A DNA stretch of 64,000 bases from Felis catus (Eukaryota), in assembly GCF_018350175.1 (NCBI RefSeq), contig NC_058368.1, forward strand, positions 38,318,001 to 38,382,000, written 5' to 3'. Each line of letters begins with the position of its first letter. Position 1 is the first letter of the stretch. The position numbers and the translations under genes are program-made. Shown here piece by piece: positions 39,288 through 51,680 of this stretch. Below the pieces are notes generated by a model. It worked only from the letters and a program-made list of their open reading frames with translations. It searched no databases and was not told the origin of the DNA.

Positions 39288-39773
39288 AATAAGTAAAGCT
39301 TAAAAAAATCAATTAAGAAAATAAATAATAATATTTCACCAATTTTTAAATCTTCATTTTCTATATTACTCAAAGTTGGGACATTTTTCTGAATAATTAG
39401 TAATTGTAACCTCTTTTTAAAAAGTCCTAGTCTTTAACCCACTGACGGGCAGGTCACTGTTTTCGCCTGTGAATGAGCTTTCACTGTGAATGAGCTTTTC
39501 ATACTTCTGTCAAATTAAATACATTTCTCTAGTTGGTAAAAATGTTTGCAAGTTTTGTTTCCAATTATTGACAATTTCAACATTGCCATCTAACACATGC
39601 AATAAATGTATATTCAGAATTTGTTTCTTCTCAACAATGTCTGTGTCCCCCCTTCTGCATTTTTTAAGTAAATTCTACAGGTTTTAGTTTTGTTTTTATT
39701 AATCCTTGGTGGTGACTTATACAATCTATTGCCTTCCTGCAGAGGTTGTCCTTGAAGCTGTCTTTTCTTCCAC

Positions 39774-39843
39774 CTGCTAGCTGGTGTCATCTCCCAGCTG
39801 TTGCTGTTTGTAGCAACAGCAGGATGAGATTGCCAGCTAGCAG
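39774..39843. other. 70-nt imperfect inverted repeat (pre-miRNA-like hairpin)
   Basis: Stems CTGCTAGCTGG/CCAGCTAGCAG, ATCTC/GAGAT and GCTGTTGCT/AGCAACAGC around a 6-nt loop. Confidence refers to the inverted repeat, not to any function. Confidence 0.8.
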
Positions 39844-42512
39844 CAAAGGCCCCTCGCTGTTTCCCAAATGCAACAGTCACCACAAACCACTGCATCAACC
39901 TCTTAATGAAATTCAAGCTCTCAACTCTTGGCCCACCAGTGTCCATTTTCTACACAGAAGCCAGGAGGAACGTTTCATTTCACCTCTGCTTTTCCTATGA
40001 GTTCAGAATGTGAGCCACACTTTTACAAGGCTTGCAGGACCTTGCCCTGGACAATTCTCTGACTTCATTTTCTACCTCCACACTCCACATCTAATTCTCC
40101 ATGTCCTTGATACGCTAGCCTTCTTTCTATTGGCAATCAGGATGATGAACAAACAAATCTCACCAGGACACCAAAGCACTGCTTATTTCTCTCACTTCCA
40201 CTCAATGGTCAATTTATAGTCCTTTCAGAAGGTTGTTTGAAGGTTTTACTCTCCTACTTCTAGCCTGGTGGGGTCTGAGACCTATTGCCCCAGCATCCTT
40301 CCTCCCTAATAAGCTCGTCTCCCCTTTCTGACATTGAGGAAAAATCTTACCATAGATAATGAGATTCAAGATTAGCAAAATAGGTCCTTAGAAATTTTCT
40401 CTGAAAAAATAGATAGGACTTATCTTGACTTTCATATTTATAATAGTAGAGGTCAATAAAAATGACAGCATACATAGTCTCATTAAAACAGCCTGTTACC
40501 TATTTTAAAATGTACCACATTCATTCCTGTTGGGGCCTCAGTAATGATTTCTTTTGCCTGGAAAACCCTTCTTATTATACATACCTTAAATATCACACTC
40601 TATGTAGAAAGGACTTCCTGGATCATCCTACATAAAATAGTTATTTACCTTCTTTTCTAATCACCTTCTAAATTCAATTATTATGTTTTATTCCTTAAAA
40701 GTATTTAATAATATGTACAGTTCTTATTTTTGTATGTATGTTTATTAATAATTATAGCATCTTACATTGCCACAAAAATTTTGCCTAGTTTACTACTCCT
40801 TCTCTCAGTCCTTCTATAGTGGTTCTTGCCTCCCCCTAAGGCACCAATTATTATTTGTTAAATAAATTAATTAATGCCCAGTGTCTAGTTTGCTTTCAAC
40901 AAATTCCTATCTTCTCAATGGAAAAACTCTTAGTAATTGTAATATTGAGAAACATAGCCAACTCCAATTTTTACTTCCACAACTCTTCTTCTCCTTATTC
41001 TGCATGCCTTACATTTTGAGAAAATGCTCAGCTAAAATACAGTATCCCACTTTTAGTGCCTTCCACGCATCCCTACCCAAACTCTATTCTCACCAAACAT
41101 TTCCCTTTTTAGGCATGAGTAATTTCTGGCCAAATACTGAAATGACAGCATTGAGATGTGGCCATGCAACCTTACCTATTTCACGTGCATAGTAAGACTT
41201 CTTAGCCAGGTGAGAGAAACAGGTGTATGTGTGTGTGTATTCCATTTTTGAACTTGGGAATATGTAATTTAGGAAGAATAATTAGTTTACTCCCATTATC
41301 CAGGAGTAATACTTTTGTTCCAGTTAGAATAGCACATCAGGTCACCAAATAGCTTCATAAGTTTGTATTACTTATTTTTTCCTAGATTATGGCTATTTAT
41401 TCGAATCATGCATATTTGAGGGTGGGAGGATTGTTTGAATGCTCGCCTGTTTTTATAGATGTGTCAGTGAGAGGTTGGGAGACTGTAAATCAAGGCTGCT
41501 GTCAAAGAATCACTTACATAAAACAAGCCAGTTCTCTTCCTATACTTCATATTTCATACACTCCATACTTCTTCATACTGCCCTCTTTAAGTCATATCAT
41601 TATCGAAGACCAGTGTTCATTATATACCACATGATATAGTCTCTAAGCCTAATGGATGTTTTTGCCCATTGCAACCAGCTACCAAGAAATTATGAATGGA
41701 GAAATGTTAACAATAAAACCGAAAGCCATCCAAATAAGTTCAAGTATTTATTGGAACTTCACAGAGAGAAGTAATGGGAGCTAACTGAAACACTATACAA
41801 TAGTCTAATTTCATTATCCTAAGTTTCTATTATATCAGGAATAAGTTTATCGCTAGTACCATATCACCCCAAATTTGAAGTTAATTATCTTGGCCCAGAG
41901 ACATATTTCTTTAAAATCTGTCAGAATTGAATATGCACAAGATATGCACTTAAATGAGACGACTAATATAAAGGGAGATTTTGTTCAATACATTTCTTTC
42001 ACCAGGCAAGGCTATTAGAAGACAAAGAATAAAGTCACTTAAATGATTGTATCCTTACTAGTAAAGAATGTGGGTATTGCTCCTGAAAGAAGTTCGCTCT
42101 CATTTTTTCTTTTCTATAGAGATTGATGAAAGAAAACTCCCAGATGTGAGAATTCTTTAGAAAATGTGTTCTTTATATATTTGAGACATATAATTGCTAA
42201 CATCCAATAACATAGCCATAATTAACTAAGCAAATACATTTTGGAAGAGGGAAAGACATTGAATACAAAGACAATTAGTTAATGAACTGCCTCTGCTTCT
42301 TCATACATACACAATCAGGAGTAAATGTAACAAATTAGAGAAACATTAATGTATGATATTAATTGCATAAACTATAACCATACATCAGATGCATTTCTCT
42401 AATACCTATCTCCTTCTTATAGCTGTTTTTCATGTCCCTCCCCCACTGCTTTTCTCACTTGTATTTGCAGATCTTAAAAATCTCAGAAGTACGAGATACA
42501 CCAAGACATTAA

Positions 42513-42705
42513 AGGGGCTCCTGGGTGGCTCAGTCAGTTAAACATCGGAATCTTGGTTTCGGCTCAGGTCATGATCTCACAGTCTTGAGAGGGGGGAGCC
42601 CCATGTAGGGCTCTGTGCTGGATGTGGAGTCTGCTTGAGATACTGTCTCCCTCTCCTTCTGCCCCTACCCCGCTCATGCTCACTCTCACACTCTCTCAGA
42701 AAAAT
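42513..42705 (+). mobile_element. Older Can-SINE
   Basis: GGGGCTCCTGGGTGGCTCAGTCAGTTAAAC head; tail degenerated to TA/TG repeats. Confidence 0.9.
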
Positions 42706-43820
42706 ACATATATGTGTATGTATGTATATGTATATATTTTCGTATTCTTGGGAGTGACATCCTCAAGATGGTGGAATAGGAGATGCCAGCCTTCATAGCC
42801 CCACAGAAACACTGATTTGACAACTATCCACAGACAGTAATACCTTTGTAAGAGCTTTAGAGTCCATTTTAGAGGCTCCGGTAACCCAGTGGACGTAAAA
42901 TCTGAGAACAGCCACATTGAAAACATTGAGAACCATTTCACTTTACCAGAGACATTCCTCCCCATTCTGTACCATTCAGCATGGACAGAAAACCCTTAGG
43001 CTGCAATTTCTCCCACAGGGGCAGGCAAGTCATATGAGAACCTGCCACCTCAGCTTTCAGGGCACTGCCAAGAGGTCTGTTTCTGCCTCACTCAACCAGA
43101 ATATCAATGGAATTGGAAGACCTGGATCTTCTGGGGGCAGCTGAGGGCAAAGAAAAGAGGTAAGGACTCCTAGCACTGACACTTGAATCTCAATAACAAA
43201 CCTGCAAACCCTGGTAGCCATTCCCCATAATATATGTGTACCTAAATCAGAGCACCTAAATACATAAAGCAAATATTGATAGACCTGAAGAGAAAAGTAG
43301 ATGGAAATACAGTAATAGTAGGAGACTTCAATATCCCACTTTCAACAGTGGATGGAATATCCAGAGGGAAACTCAATGAGTAAACAGAAGACTTGAATAA
43401 TACTGTAACAAATGGACCCAACAGACATATACAAAACATTCCATCCAACAGGAGCAAAATGCACATTGTTTGCAAGTGCATGTGGGACATTCTCCAGGAT
43501 AGATCACATGCTAGGTAACAAAAATGTCAACAAATTTTTAAAAATTGAAAGTATCCCAAGTATCTTTTCTGACCACAATGGAATGAAAGTGAAAAATCAA
43601 TAACATAAAAACCACAGGATAATTCACAAATACATGGAAATTAAGCAATACACTCTTGGACAAGTAATAGGTCAAAGAAGAAATTAAAAAATAAATCAGG
43701 AAATACATCAATACAAATGAAAATGTAGCACACCAAAACTTATGGGATGCAGCAAAAACAGTAGAAGGAGGGAAATTTATAGTGATAAATACCTACATTA
43801 AAAAACAAGAAAGATCACAA

Positions 43821-44090
43821 ACTTACAACTGATAGATAAGTAAGTCCTAGAGATCTAATGCACAGTAGAGTGAATATAGAAACGGTATCATATGGTCATC
43901 AAACTTGCTAAGAGAATAGATACTAATTATTTCTGCCACCAAAAAAAGAAATGATAATTATATGACATGATAGAGGTACTAACTAATGCTACATTGGCAG
44001 TTATATTACAATATGTAAATGTATTAAATCAACATGGTGTGCACTTGAAACATACACAATGCCATATGTCAAATATATTGTAGCTGACAA
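43821..44090 (+). mobile_element. Short L1 3'UTR fragment nested in the older L1
   Basis: TSD AAGAAAGATCACAA (43807-43820) / AAGAAGGATCTCAA (44091-44104); L1 3'UTR-like body. Confidence 0.8.
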
Positions 44091-44812
44091 AAGAAGGATC
44101 TCAATCTAACTTTACACCTCAAGCAAGAAGAGAAAGAAAAAGCCCAAAATTAACACAAGGAAGAAAATAATAATCATTAGGACAGAAATAAATCAAACAG
44201 AATTGAAAAATAGAAAACATTGATGAAACCAGGAGTTGGCTTTTTGCCAATTTGGCAAACACTTAGCTAGACTATCTGAAAAGAAAAGGGAGAAGACTCA
44301 ACAAAATAAAAAAGTGAAAGAAGAGACATTATAACCAATGCTATGTAAATTTTAGCAAAAAGACCATAAGTGCCTATTGTGCGCAATTGTACACCAATGA
44401 AATGGACAGTACAGAAGAAATGGATAAATTCTTAGGAAAAATACAGCCTACTAAAATGGAATCAAGAATATAGGCTTCTTTTGAAACCTCTCCAGGCTTC
44501 TTCTTTCTTGTCTGGTAGCCCTGGCCTTTATCATTATGTGAATCAGGTTGGCAGAAGGATAGAGTCTGAAGATGATACCCCCACTTCGTGAAAGCCCTAC
44601 CTAGATGGACAGATTTCATTTTTGCTTATATCCCCTTGGTGGGAACCAACCACCTAGCCACACTTAGAGACAAACAAAGCTGGGTGTGTGGGGGGTGGGG
44701 TTGGAGGGGGAAAATATGGTGCAGGGGTAGGGATCAAAAGCCTAAAAAGACTAATAACAAATAAGGAGACCAAATCTGTAATTAAAAAAAAATCCCAATA
44801 AAGAAAAGTCCA

Positions 44813-45094
44813 GGGGCACCTCAGTCAGTGGAGCATGAGACTCTTGATCTCAGGCATTGTGTGTTTGAGCCCCATGTTGGTGTCGAGATCACATAAGAAA
44901 AAAGAAGAGAAGAGAAGAGAAGAGAAGAGAAGAGAAGAGAAGAGAAGAGAAGAGAAGAGACAAGAAAAGAGACAAGGAAAGGAAAGGAAAGACAAGGAAA
45001 GACAAGGAAAGGAAAGGAAAGGAAAGGAAAGGAAAGGAAAGGAAAGGAAAGGAAAGGAAAGGAAAGGAAAGGAAAGGAAAGGAAAAAGCAAAGC
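44813..45094 (+). mobile_element. Short Can-SINE whose tail expanded into a compound (GAAGA)n/(GAAAG)n microsatellite
   Basis: SINE head at 44813-44895, repeats at ~44903-45085. TSD AAAGTCCAGG / AAAGCCCAGG. Confidence 0.88.
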
Positions 45095-45817
45095 AAAGCC
45101 CAGGACCTAGATGACTTCATTGATGAACTCTGCCAAACATAAGAAAAATTAACGACAATCCTCTTAAAATCTTTCAAAAAAAGGGAAAAGGAGGGAACAC
45201 TTCTGAACTTATCTCATGAGGTCACCTCACCTTGATACCAAAACCAGGCAAAGATACCATTAAAAAAGAAAACTACAGGCCAGTATCCTTGATGAACATA
45301 GATGCAAAATCCTCAATAAAACATTAAAGCAAATTCAACAGTACACTAAAAGGGTTATATACCATAATCAAATGGTATTTTTCTCGGGATGCAAGGCTGG
45401 TTCAACATACAGAAATCAATCAGTGTGATATACCACATCAACGGAATGAAGGATAAAAGTCCCCTCATCATCTCAATAAATGCCATAAAAATAACTTTAC
45501 AAATTTAATACCCCTTTCATTATAACAATGCTCAACAGATTAGATACAGAAACAATTTACTTCAGCACAAGGAAGCCCATATATGAAAAACTTAAACGTA
45601 ACATTATACTTAATAATGAAATTCTGAAAATTTTTCCTTTAGGATCAGAAACAAGGCAAGGATGCCACAATCACCATTTATATTCAACACAGTATTAGAA
45701 ATTTTTGCCATAGCAATTAAACAAAAAAGAGATATAAAAGACTTCCAAATAAAAAAGGAAGAATAAAATTATTTCTGTTTGCAGATGACATGATCTTATA
45801 TGTTGAAAACTCTGAAG

Positions 45818-45819
<2 letters not shown>

Positions 45820-45852
<33 letters not shown>
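45820..45852. repeat. (CA)n microsatellite
   Basis: Directly visible. Confidence 0.95.
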
Positions 45853-45854
<2 letters not shown>

Positions 45855-48736
45855 TAAAAAAAAAGAATTCAGTAAAGTTTTAGGATGTAAAATCAAAATA
45901 CAAAAATTAGTTTAATTTTTATATTCTAACAACAAACTATCTGAAAAAGAAATCAAGAAATAATGTCATTTACAATAGCTTCAAAAAGAATAAGGTACTT
46001 AAGGAGTAAATCTAACAAAGGAGGTGAAAGGCTTATACACCACAACTTTAAAACATTGAGGAAGAAAATGTTTAAAAGACACAAGTAAACGGAGAGATAA
46101 CTTGTGGTTATGGACTGGATGAATTAACATTGTTAAAATGTCCATATTACCTAAAGCAATCTACTGACTGAATGAAATCCCAATCACATTCCCAAAGATA
46201 CTTTCACCAGAAAGAGAAAAAAAATCCTAAAATTCATATAAAATCACAAAAAAAACCCTTAATAAACAAATTTTGAACATGAATGAAAGCTGGAGTCCTC
46301 AGATTTAATGATTTCAAACTATATTACAAATCTATATTAATCAAAGTATGGTACTGGCACAAAAACAGACATAAGCCACTGGAATAGAGTGTTCAGATTA
46401 AAACTTGCATAGATATGGTCAATTATTTTTTTCTTTCCACAATATCAGCTCTTTTCAGTCATAAAGCAAGGTTACATGATCATAAAGCAGGTTCAGTATT
46501 CCACTCTCAATGACATTTCACCACGTGATTTAATTGTCAATTTTTGAAGATTTCAAGAATACACAATGGGACAGGTTGGTCTTTTCAATAAATGATTTGA
46601 GAAAACTGGATATCCACATGCAAGAGAATGAAATTGGACCTTATACCCAACAACCAAAAAACAAAAACAAAAACAAAAGAACTCAAAATGGATTAAAAAC
46701 TTAAATGTAAGTCATGAAATTGTAACACTCCTAGAAGAAAACATAGGGAAAATACTTCTTGACATTGGCCTTTCAATGACTTCTTGTATATGATACCAAA
46801 AGCAAAGGCAGCAAGCATACGAATAAACAAATCAGATGACAAACTAAAAGCTTCCTATCATAGTAAGGAAAGAAGTAAGACTAAAGGCAACCTACAGGAT
46901 GAGAAAAAATATTTGCAAACAATATACCTGACAAAGGATTACTATCCAAAATATATAAGGTACTCATACAACCCTATACGAAAAAAATAAATAAAAAAGC
47001 AAAAAGCAAAAAGACAAACTAATTTAAAAATGGGCAAAGGACCTGAGTAGCTATTTTGCTAAGAAGATATACAAATGCCTGACAGGTATATGAAAAGGTG
47101 CTCATTATCAGGGAAATGCAAATCAAACCCCCAATGAGATGTCACTTCATGCTAACTATGATGACTATTATCACAAACAAAAGATAACATGTGTTGGCAA
47201 GGATGTGGAGAAATGGAAACCTTTCTACATTTGTAATGGGAATGCAAGTTGATGCAGCCATTATAAAAAACATTATAGAGGATTCTCAGAAAATTAAAAA
47301 TACATGATCCATCAATCCTACTTCTGGGTATATGTCAAAAATACTTGAAATCAGAATCTCAAACTGTTATCTGCATTCCAATGTTCATTACAGCAATATT
47401 CACAATAACCTAGACACGGAAACAACCTAAGTGTCCACTGATGGATGAGTGGATAAAGAAAATGTGGTGTATACATATAATGGAATATTATTCAACCTTA
47501 AAAAAAAAAAAGAAAATCCTGTCATTAGTGACAACATGGTTGATCTTACAGCACATTATACTAAGTGAGATAAGCTAGACTATGAAAAACAAATACTACG
47601 TGATCCCACTTATATCAGGAATCTAATAAAGTCAAAGTCGAAGAGGCAGAGAGTGGTTACCAGGAGCTGGGTGGAGGGGAGAGGATAAGAAAATGTTAGA
47701 CAAAGGGTACAAAATTTCAGTTATTCAAGACAAACAAGTTCTAGAACTTATTGTATACCATAGTACTTTCAATTAACAAAATGTATTATATATTTAAAAG
47801 TTTGCTAAGAGTGTAGATACTTATGCTAAGTGTATTTATCACACACACACACACACACAAAAGGCAGGAGAAAACTTTTGGAGGAAATGGATAGGTTTAT
47901 GGCACTGGTTACAATGATGATATGACAGCTGCATACTTACTTCTAAACTCAAAGTTGTATAAATTAATATATATATCTTTTTGTATGTCAATCATACATC
48001 AATAAAGTGGTTTTAAAAACCATGATGAATGCTCTCCAAATACATTCCCATAATCCAAAGCATCATATTACAAATGCAAACAAATATTCTAGGTAAAATT
48101 CACAAAACTATTTGGAAAAATAATATGTATTTTATGAACATTCAATGATTGTTTATATAAACATGAACAACAAAAAATTAAGTACTTAGCCTTGGGAAGG
48201 AGAGAACTGAAAATATTTTTTGATATTATTTTAAAAAAATAAAAGGCAGATAGTAAAGATTTATCAGAATAAGAAATAATCCTATTTACAATAGCAGCAA
48301 AAACAATAAAAGACTTAGAACAAATGTAACTAATAAGGTGAAATACCTGTATTAAAAAGTATGGATGAAAGAAATTTAACACATAAATGATTATCCCATG
48401 TTCATGGATTTGAGGAAATAATATTGTTAAAATGTCCACAGCATCCAAACCATCTATAGATTCAATGCAATTCCTTTTAAAATTCCAGTGGCATTTTTTC
48501 TAACAGAAGTGGGAAAAAATCTTAAAATTTGTGTGGAACCACAAAAGACCCTGAATAGTCAAAGCAATCCTGAGAAAGAAAGTGGGGGATATCACATTTT
48601 CTGATTTCAAATTATATTATAAAGTTATAGTAATCAAATAAGTATGGTACCGGCATAAAAAACAGGCACATAGACAAATGGAACAAGCAATAAATATACC
48701 CTAAATATGGTCAGGTAATATTTGAAAAGGCAGCCA

Positions 48737-48874
48737 TCTGAGAACTGAGGGTTGATGGGGGGTGGGAGGGAGAGGAGGGTGGGTGATGGGTATTGAGGAG
48801 GGCACCTTTTGGGATGAGCACTGGGTGTTGTATGGAAACCAATTTGACAATAAACTTCATATATTGAAAAAAAA
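48737..48874 (+). mobile_element. ~138-bp 3' tail of young feline L1 nested in the older L1
   Basis: 14-bp TSD TGAAAAGGCAGCCA at 48723-48736 and 48875-48888; near-identical to 31062-31195. Confidence 0.95.
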
Positions 48875-49494
48875 TGAAAAGGCAGCCAAGTATATTCAGT
48901 GGAGAAAAGAGTCTATTTGACATATGGTGCTGGGAAAATTGGATATCCACATGTTAAATAATTAAACTTGATCCCTATCCTACACCGCTCAAAAAATTAA
49001 CTGAGAATGGATTAAAGACTTAAATGTAAGACCTGAAACCACGAAACTGAAAAGAAAACATAAGGAAAAATCTCCTTGACATGGGTCTTGGCAATGATTT
49101 TTTGGATATGACAAGGCACAAATAAGAGTATAAAAAGAAACAAGTAGGACTACATCAAACTAAAAAGCTTCTGGTGCAGCAAAAGACACAATAAACTATT
49201 GAAAACACAACCTATAGAATTGGAGGAAATTTTTGTAAATTATACATCTGAATCTGATCGGGGTTAATATCCAAATCCAAAATATGTAAAAAACTCATAC
49301 CACTAAATTGAAAAAAAAATCCAATTTAAAAATGGGCAAAGGATCTTAATAGACATTTTTTTTTTTCAAAGAAGGCATACAAATGGCCAGCAGATACATA
49401 AAAAATGTGCTCAACATCACCAATCATTAACAAAATGCAAATTAACACCTTATCGCTGGTAGAATGGCTATTATCATCAAGAAAACCAGGAGAT

Positions 49495-49700
49495 GGGTGC
49501 CTGGGTGGCTCCGCTCGTTAAGCGTCTGACTCGGTTTCTGCTCAGGTCACGATCTTGTGGTTTTCCAGTTTGAATCCACTTCAGGCTCTGCACTGACAAT
49601 GTAGAGCCTGCTTGGGATTCTCTCTCTTTCTCCCTCTCTCTGCCCCTCCTCTGCTTGCATGCTCTCTTTCTCAAAATAAATAAATAAGCTTAAAAAAAAA
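49495..49700 (+). mobile_element. Can-SINE nested in L1
   Basis: GGGTGCCTGGGTGGCTCCGCTCGTTAAGCG head, A-tail, AGGAGA on both flanks. Confidence 0.92.
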
Positions 49701-50974
49701 AGGAGACACGAGATAACAAACGCTGGCTAGGATGTGAAAAAAAGGGAAATTTTGTGCACTGTTGATGGGAATGTAAATCGATAAAGCCCTACAGAAACTA
49801 ATATGGAGGTTCCTCAAAAAAAGATAAAAAATAGACCTACCATATGATCCAGAAATCTACTCCTAAGTATACATCCAAAGGAAACAGAAACACTATGTTG
49901 AGTGAATATCAGCACCCCATCTTCATAGCTGCATTACTTACAACAGCCACACATGGAAACTACCTAAGTGTCCATTAACAAATGAATAGATAAATAAGTA
50001 AGGTATATCCATACAATGTAATAATTTTCAGCTCTGAAAAAAGAAATTCTGTCATTTGTGACAACCTGAATGGACCTTGAAGTCATTATGCTAAATGAAA
50101 GAAGTCAAAGAAAGATAAATACCATATGATCCCACTTATATGTGGACTTTAAAAAAAAACTCATAGAAAAAGATTTCTGGTCACCAGAGGTGGGGAGTGT
50201 ATGGTAAGGTGGAGAAACTGGATCTAGGTTAAGGTAGTCAAACGGTACAAACTTGTGGTGATAAGTACTGGGGAGGTAATGTATTACATAGTGACTGTAG
50301 CTAACACTGCTGTATAGTATTTGAAAGTTGCTAAGAATTAATCCTACTCATCACAAGGTGCAAAACATTTTTTCCCTTTTACTCTTTCTATATGAGATGA
50401 TGGATGTTAACTATTGAGGCAATTACTTCACAATGTATGTCAATCAAGTCATGCTATACATCTTAAACTTAGCCATGCTGTATGTCAATTATATCTCAAT
50501 AGAACTGGGGGAAAAAAAGGCAGACAAACTGCAATTTCACAACTTTTCTTGAATCCATCAGAGCTGAAGTCATAGGACAATCAACTAGCCCCAAATCTAA
50601 GGAAACACAGCATCTGTAGGAAGTGATGGGAATACAAGCACTTAATAGATCTAGAACAAATAGAGTTGCACATAAGAGTTTAACTAGATTAAGTTAGAGA
50701 GAGTGTGGAGGCCCGGGGTGCTCTCATGTAAGATTTCACCACACACTCCATCTGGAACTCACAAAAATATTGGTAAGAGTCATAAGAAAGCATTTTTTTC
50801 TAGTACAATACTGGGAAAGCAGAATAGCAGACACTGAGGGCCGAGCAGAAAACACCCCCCAGACATCTTTCCCTTACATACACTATACAGAAACAAAGTC
50901 AGACTTTGTGAGACAAATGGGTCTTGACATTGACTATGTTTCTTTGAATGCAGTGGTGAAAACTCAGTTGAGAT

Positions 50975-51551
50975 AAGGGGAAATATTTGCAAATTAGAAA
51001 TCTGATAAAGGGCTAATATCCAAAATGTATAAAGAACCCATACAACTCAATAGGAACAAAAAACAATCCAATTAAAAAGTGATCAGATTGAATAGGTATT
51101 TTTTGAAAGAAGACACCCAAATGCCCAACAAGTACATGAAATTTGTTTAACGTCACTAATCATCAGTGAAATACAAATTGAAACCACAGTGAGAGATCAC
51201 TTCCCATCTTTTAGAATGGCTTTCATAAAAATAACAAGAGATAATAAGTGTTGGTGAGAATGTGGAGAAAAGGGAACCCTTGTGCACTGTCAGTGGAAAT
51301 GTAAATTGGTAGAGCTACAATATGAAGTTTCTTCAAAAAAATTAAAAATAGAATTACCATATGATCCATGAATCCCACTTTTGGGTATATATTTAAAGCA
51401 AATGAAAACAGGATCACAGGGGCACCTGGGTGGCTCAGTTAAGCATCTGACTTTGGCTCACGTCCTAATCTCAAGGCTTGTGAGTTTGAGCCCTGCATCA
51501 GGCTCTGTGCTGATAGCTCAGAGCCTGGAGCCTGCTTTGAATTCTGAGTCT

Positions 51552-51602
<51 letters not shown>

Positions 51603-51629
51603 ATTCCCCATCCCCTACTCACATATTCA

Positions 51630-51680
<51 letters not shown>

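Larger units (their letters stand above)
42751..48020 (+). mobile_element. Old L1 (L1MA/MB-type) with 5'UTR start, missing ORF1, degenerate ORF2 and 3'UTR; several nested inserts
   Basis: 5' end CAAGATGGTGGAATAGG. EN motifs GDFN and SDH (TCTGACCAC), RT TTTGCAGATGACATGATC (FADDMI), 3' end CAATAAAGTGGTTTTAAAAA. Confidence 0.9.
48260..50518 (+). mobile_element. 5'-truncated old L1 (L1MA/MB-type ORF2 3' part plus 3'UTR)
   Basis: GGAACCACAAAAGACCCTGAATAG, TGGTGCTGGGAAAATTGG, and 3' end TTATATCTCAATAGAACTGGGGG. Confidence 0.9.

Noticed and set aside
44821..45177. Low-complexity ORFs (FPFLS / ERKGK repeats)
   Set aside because: Translations of the pentanucleotide microsatellite in a SINE tail.
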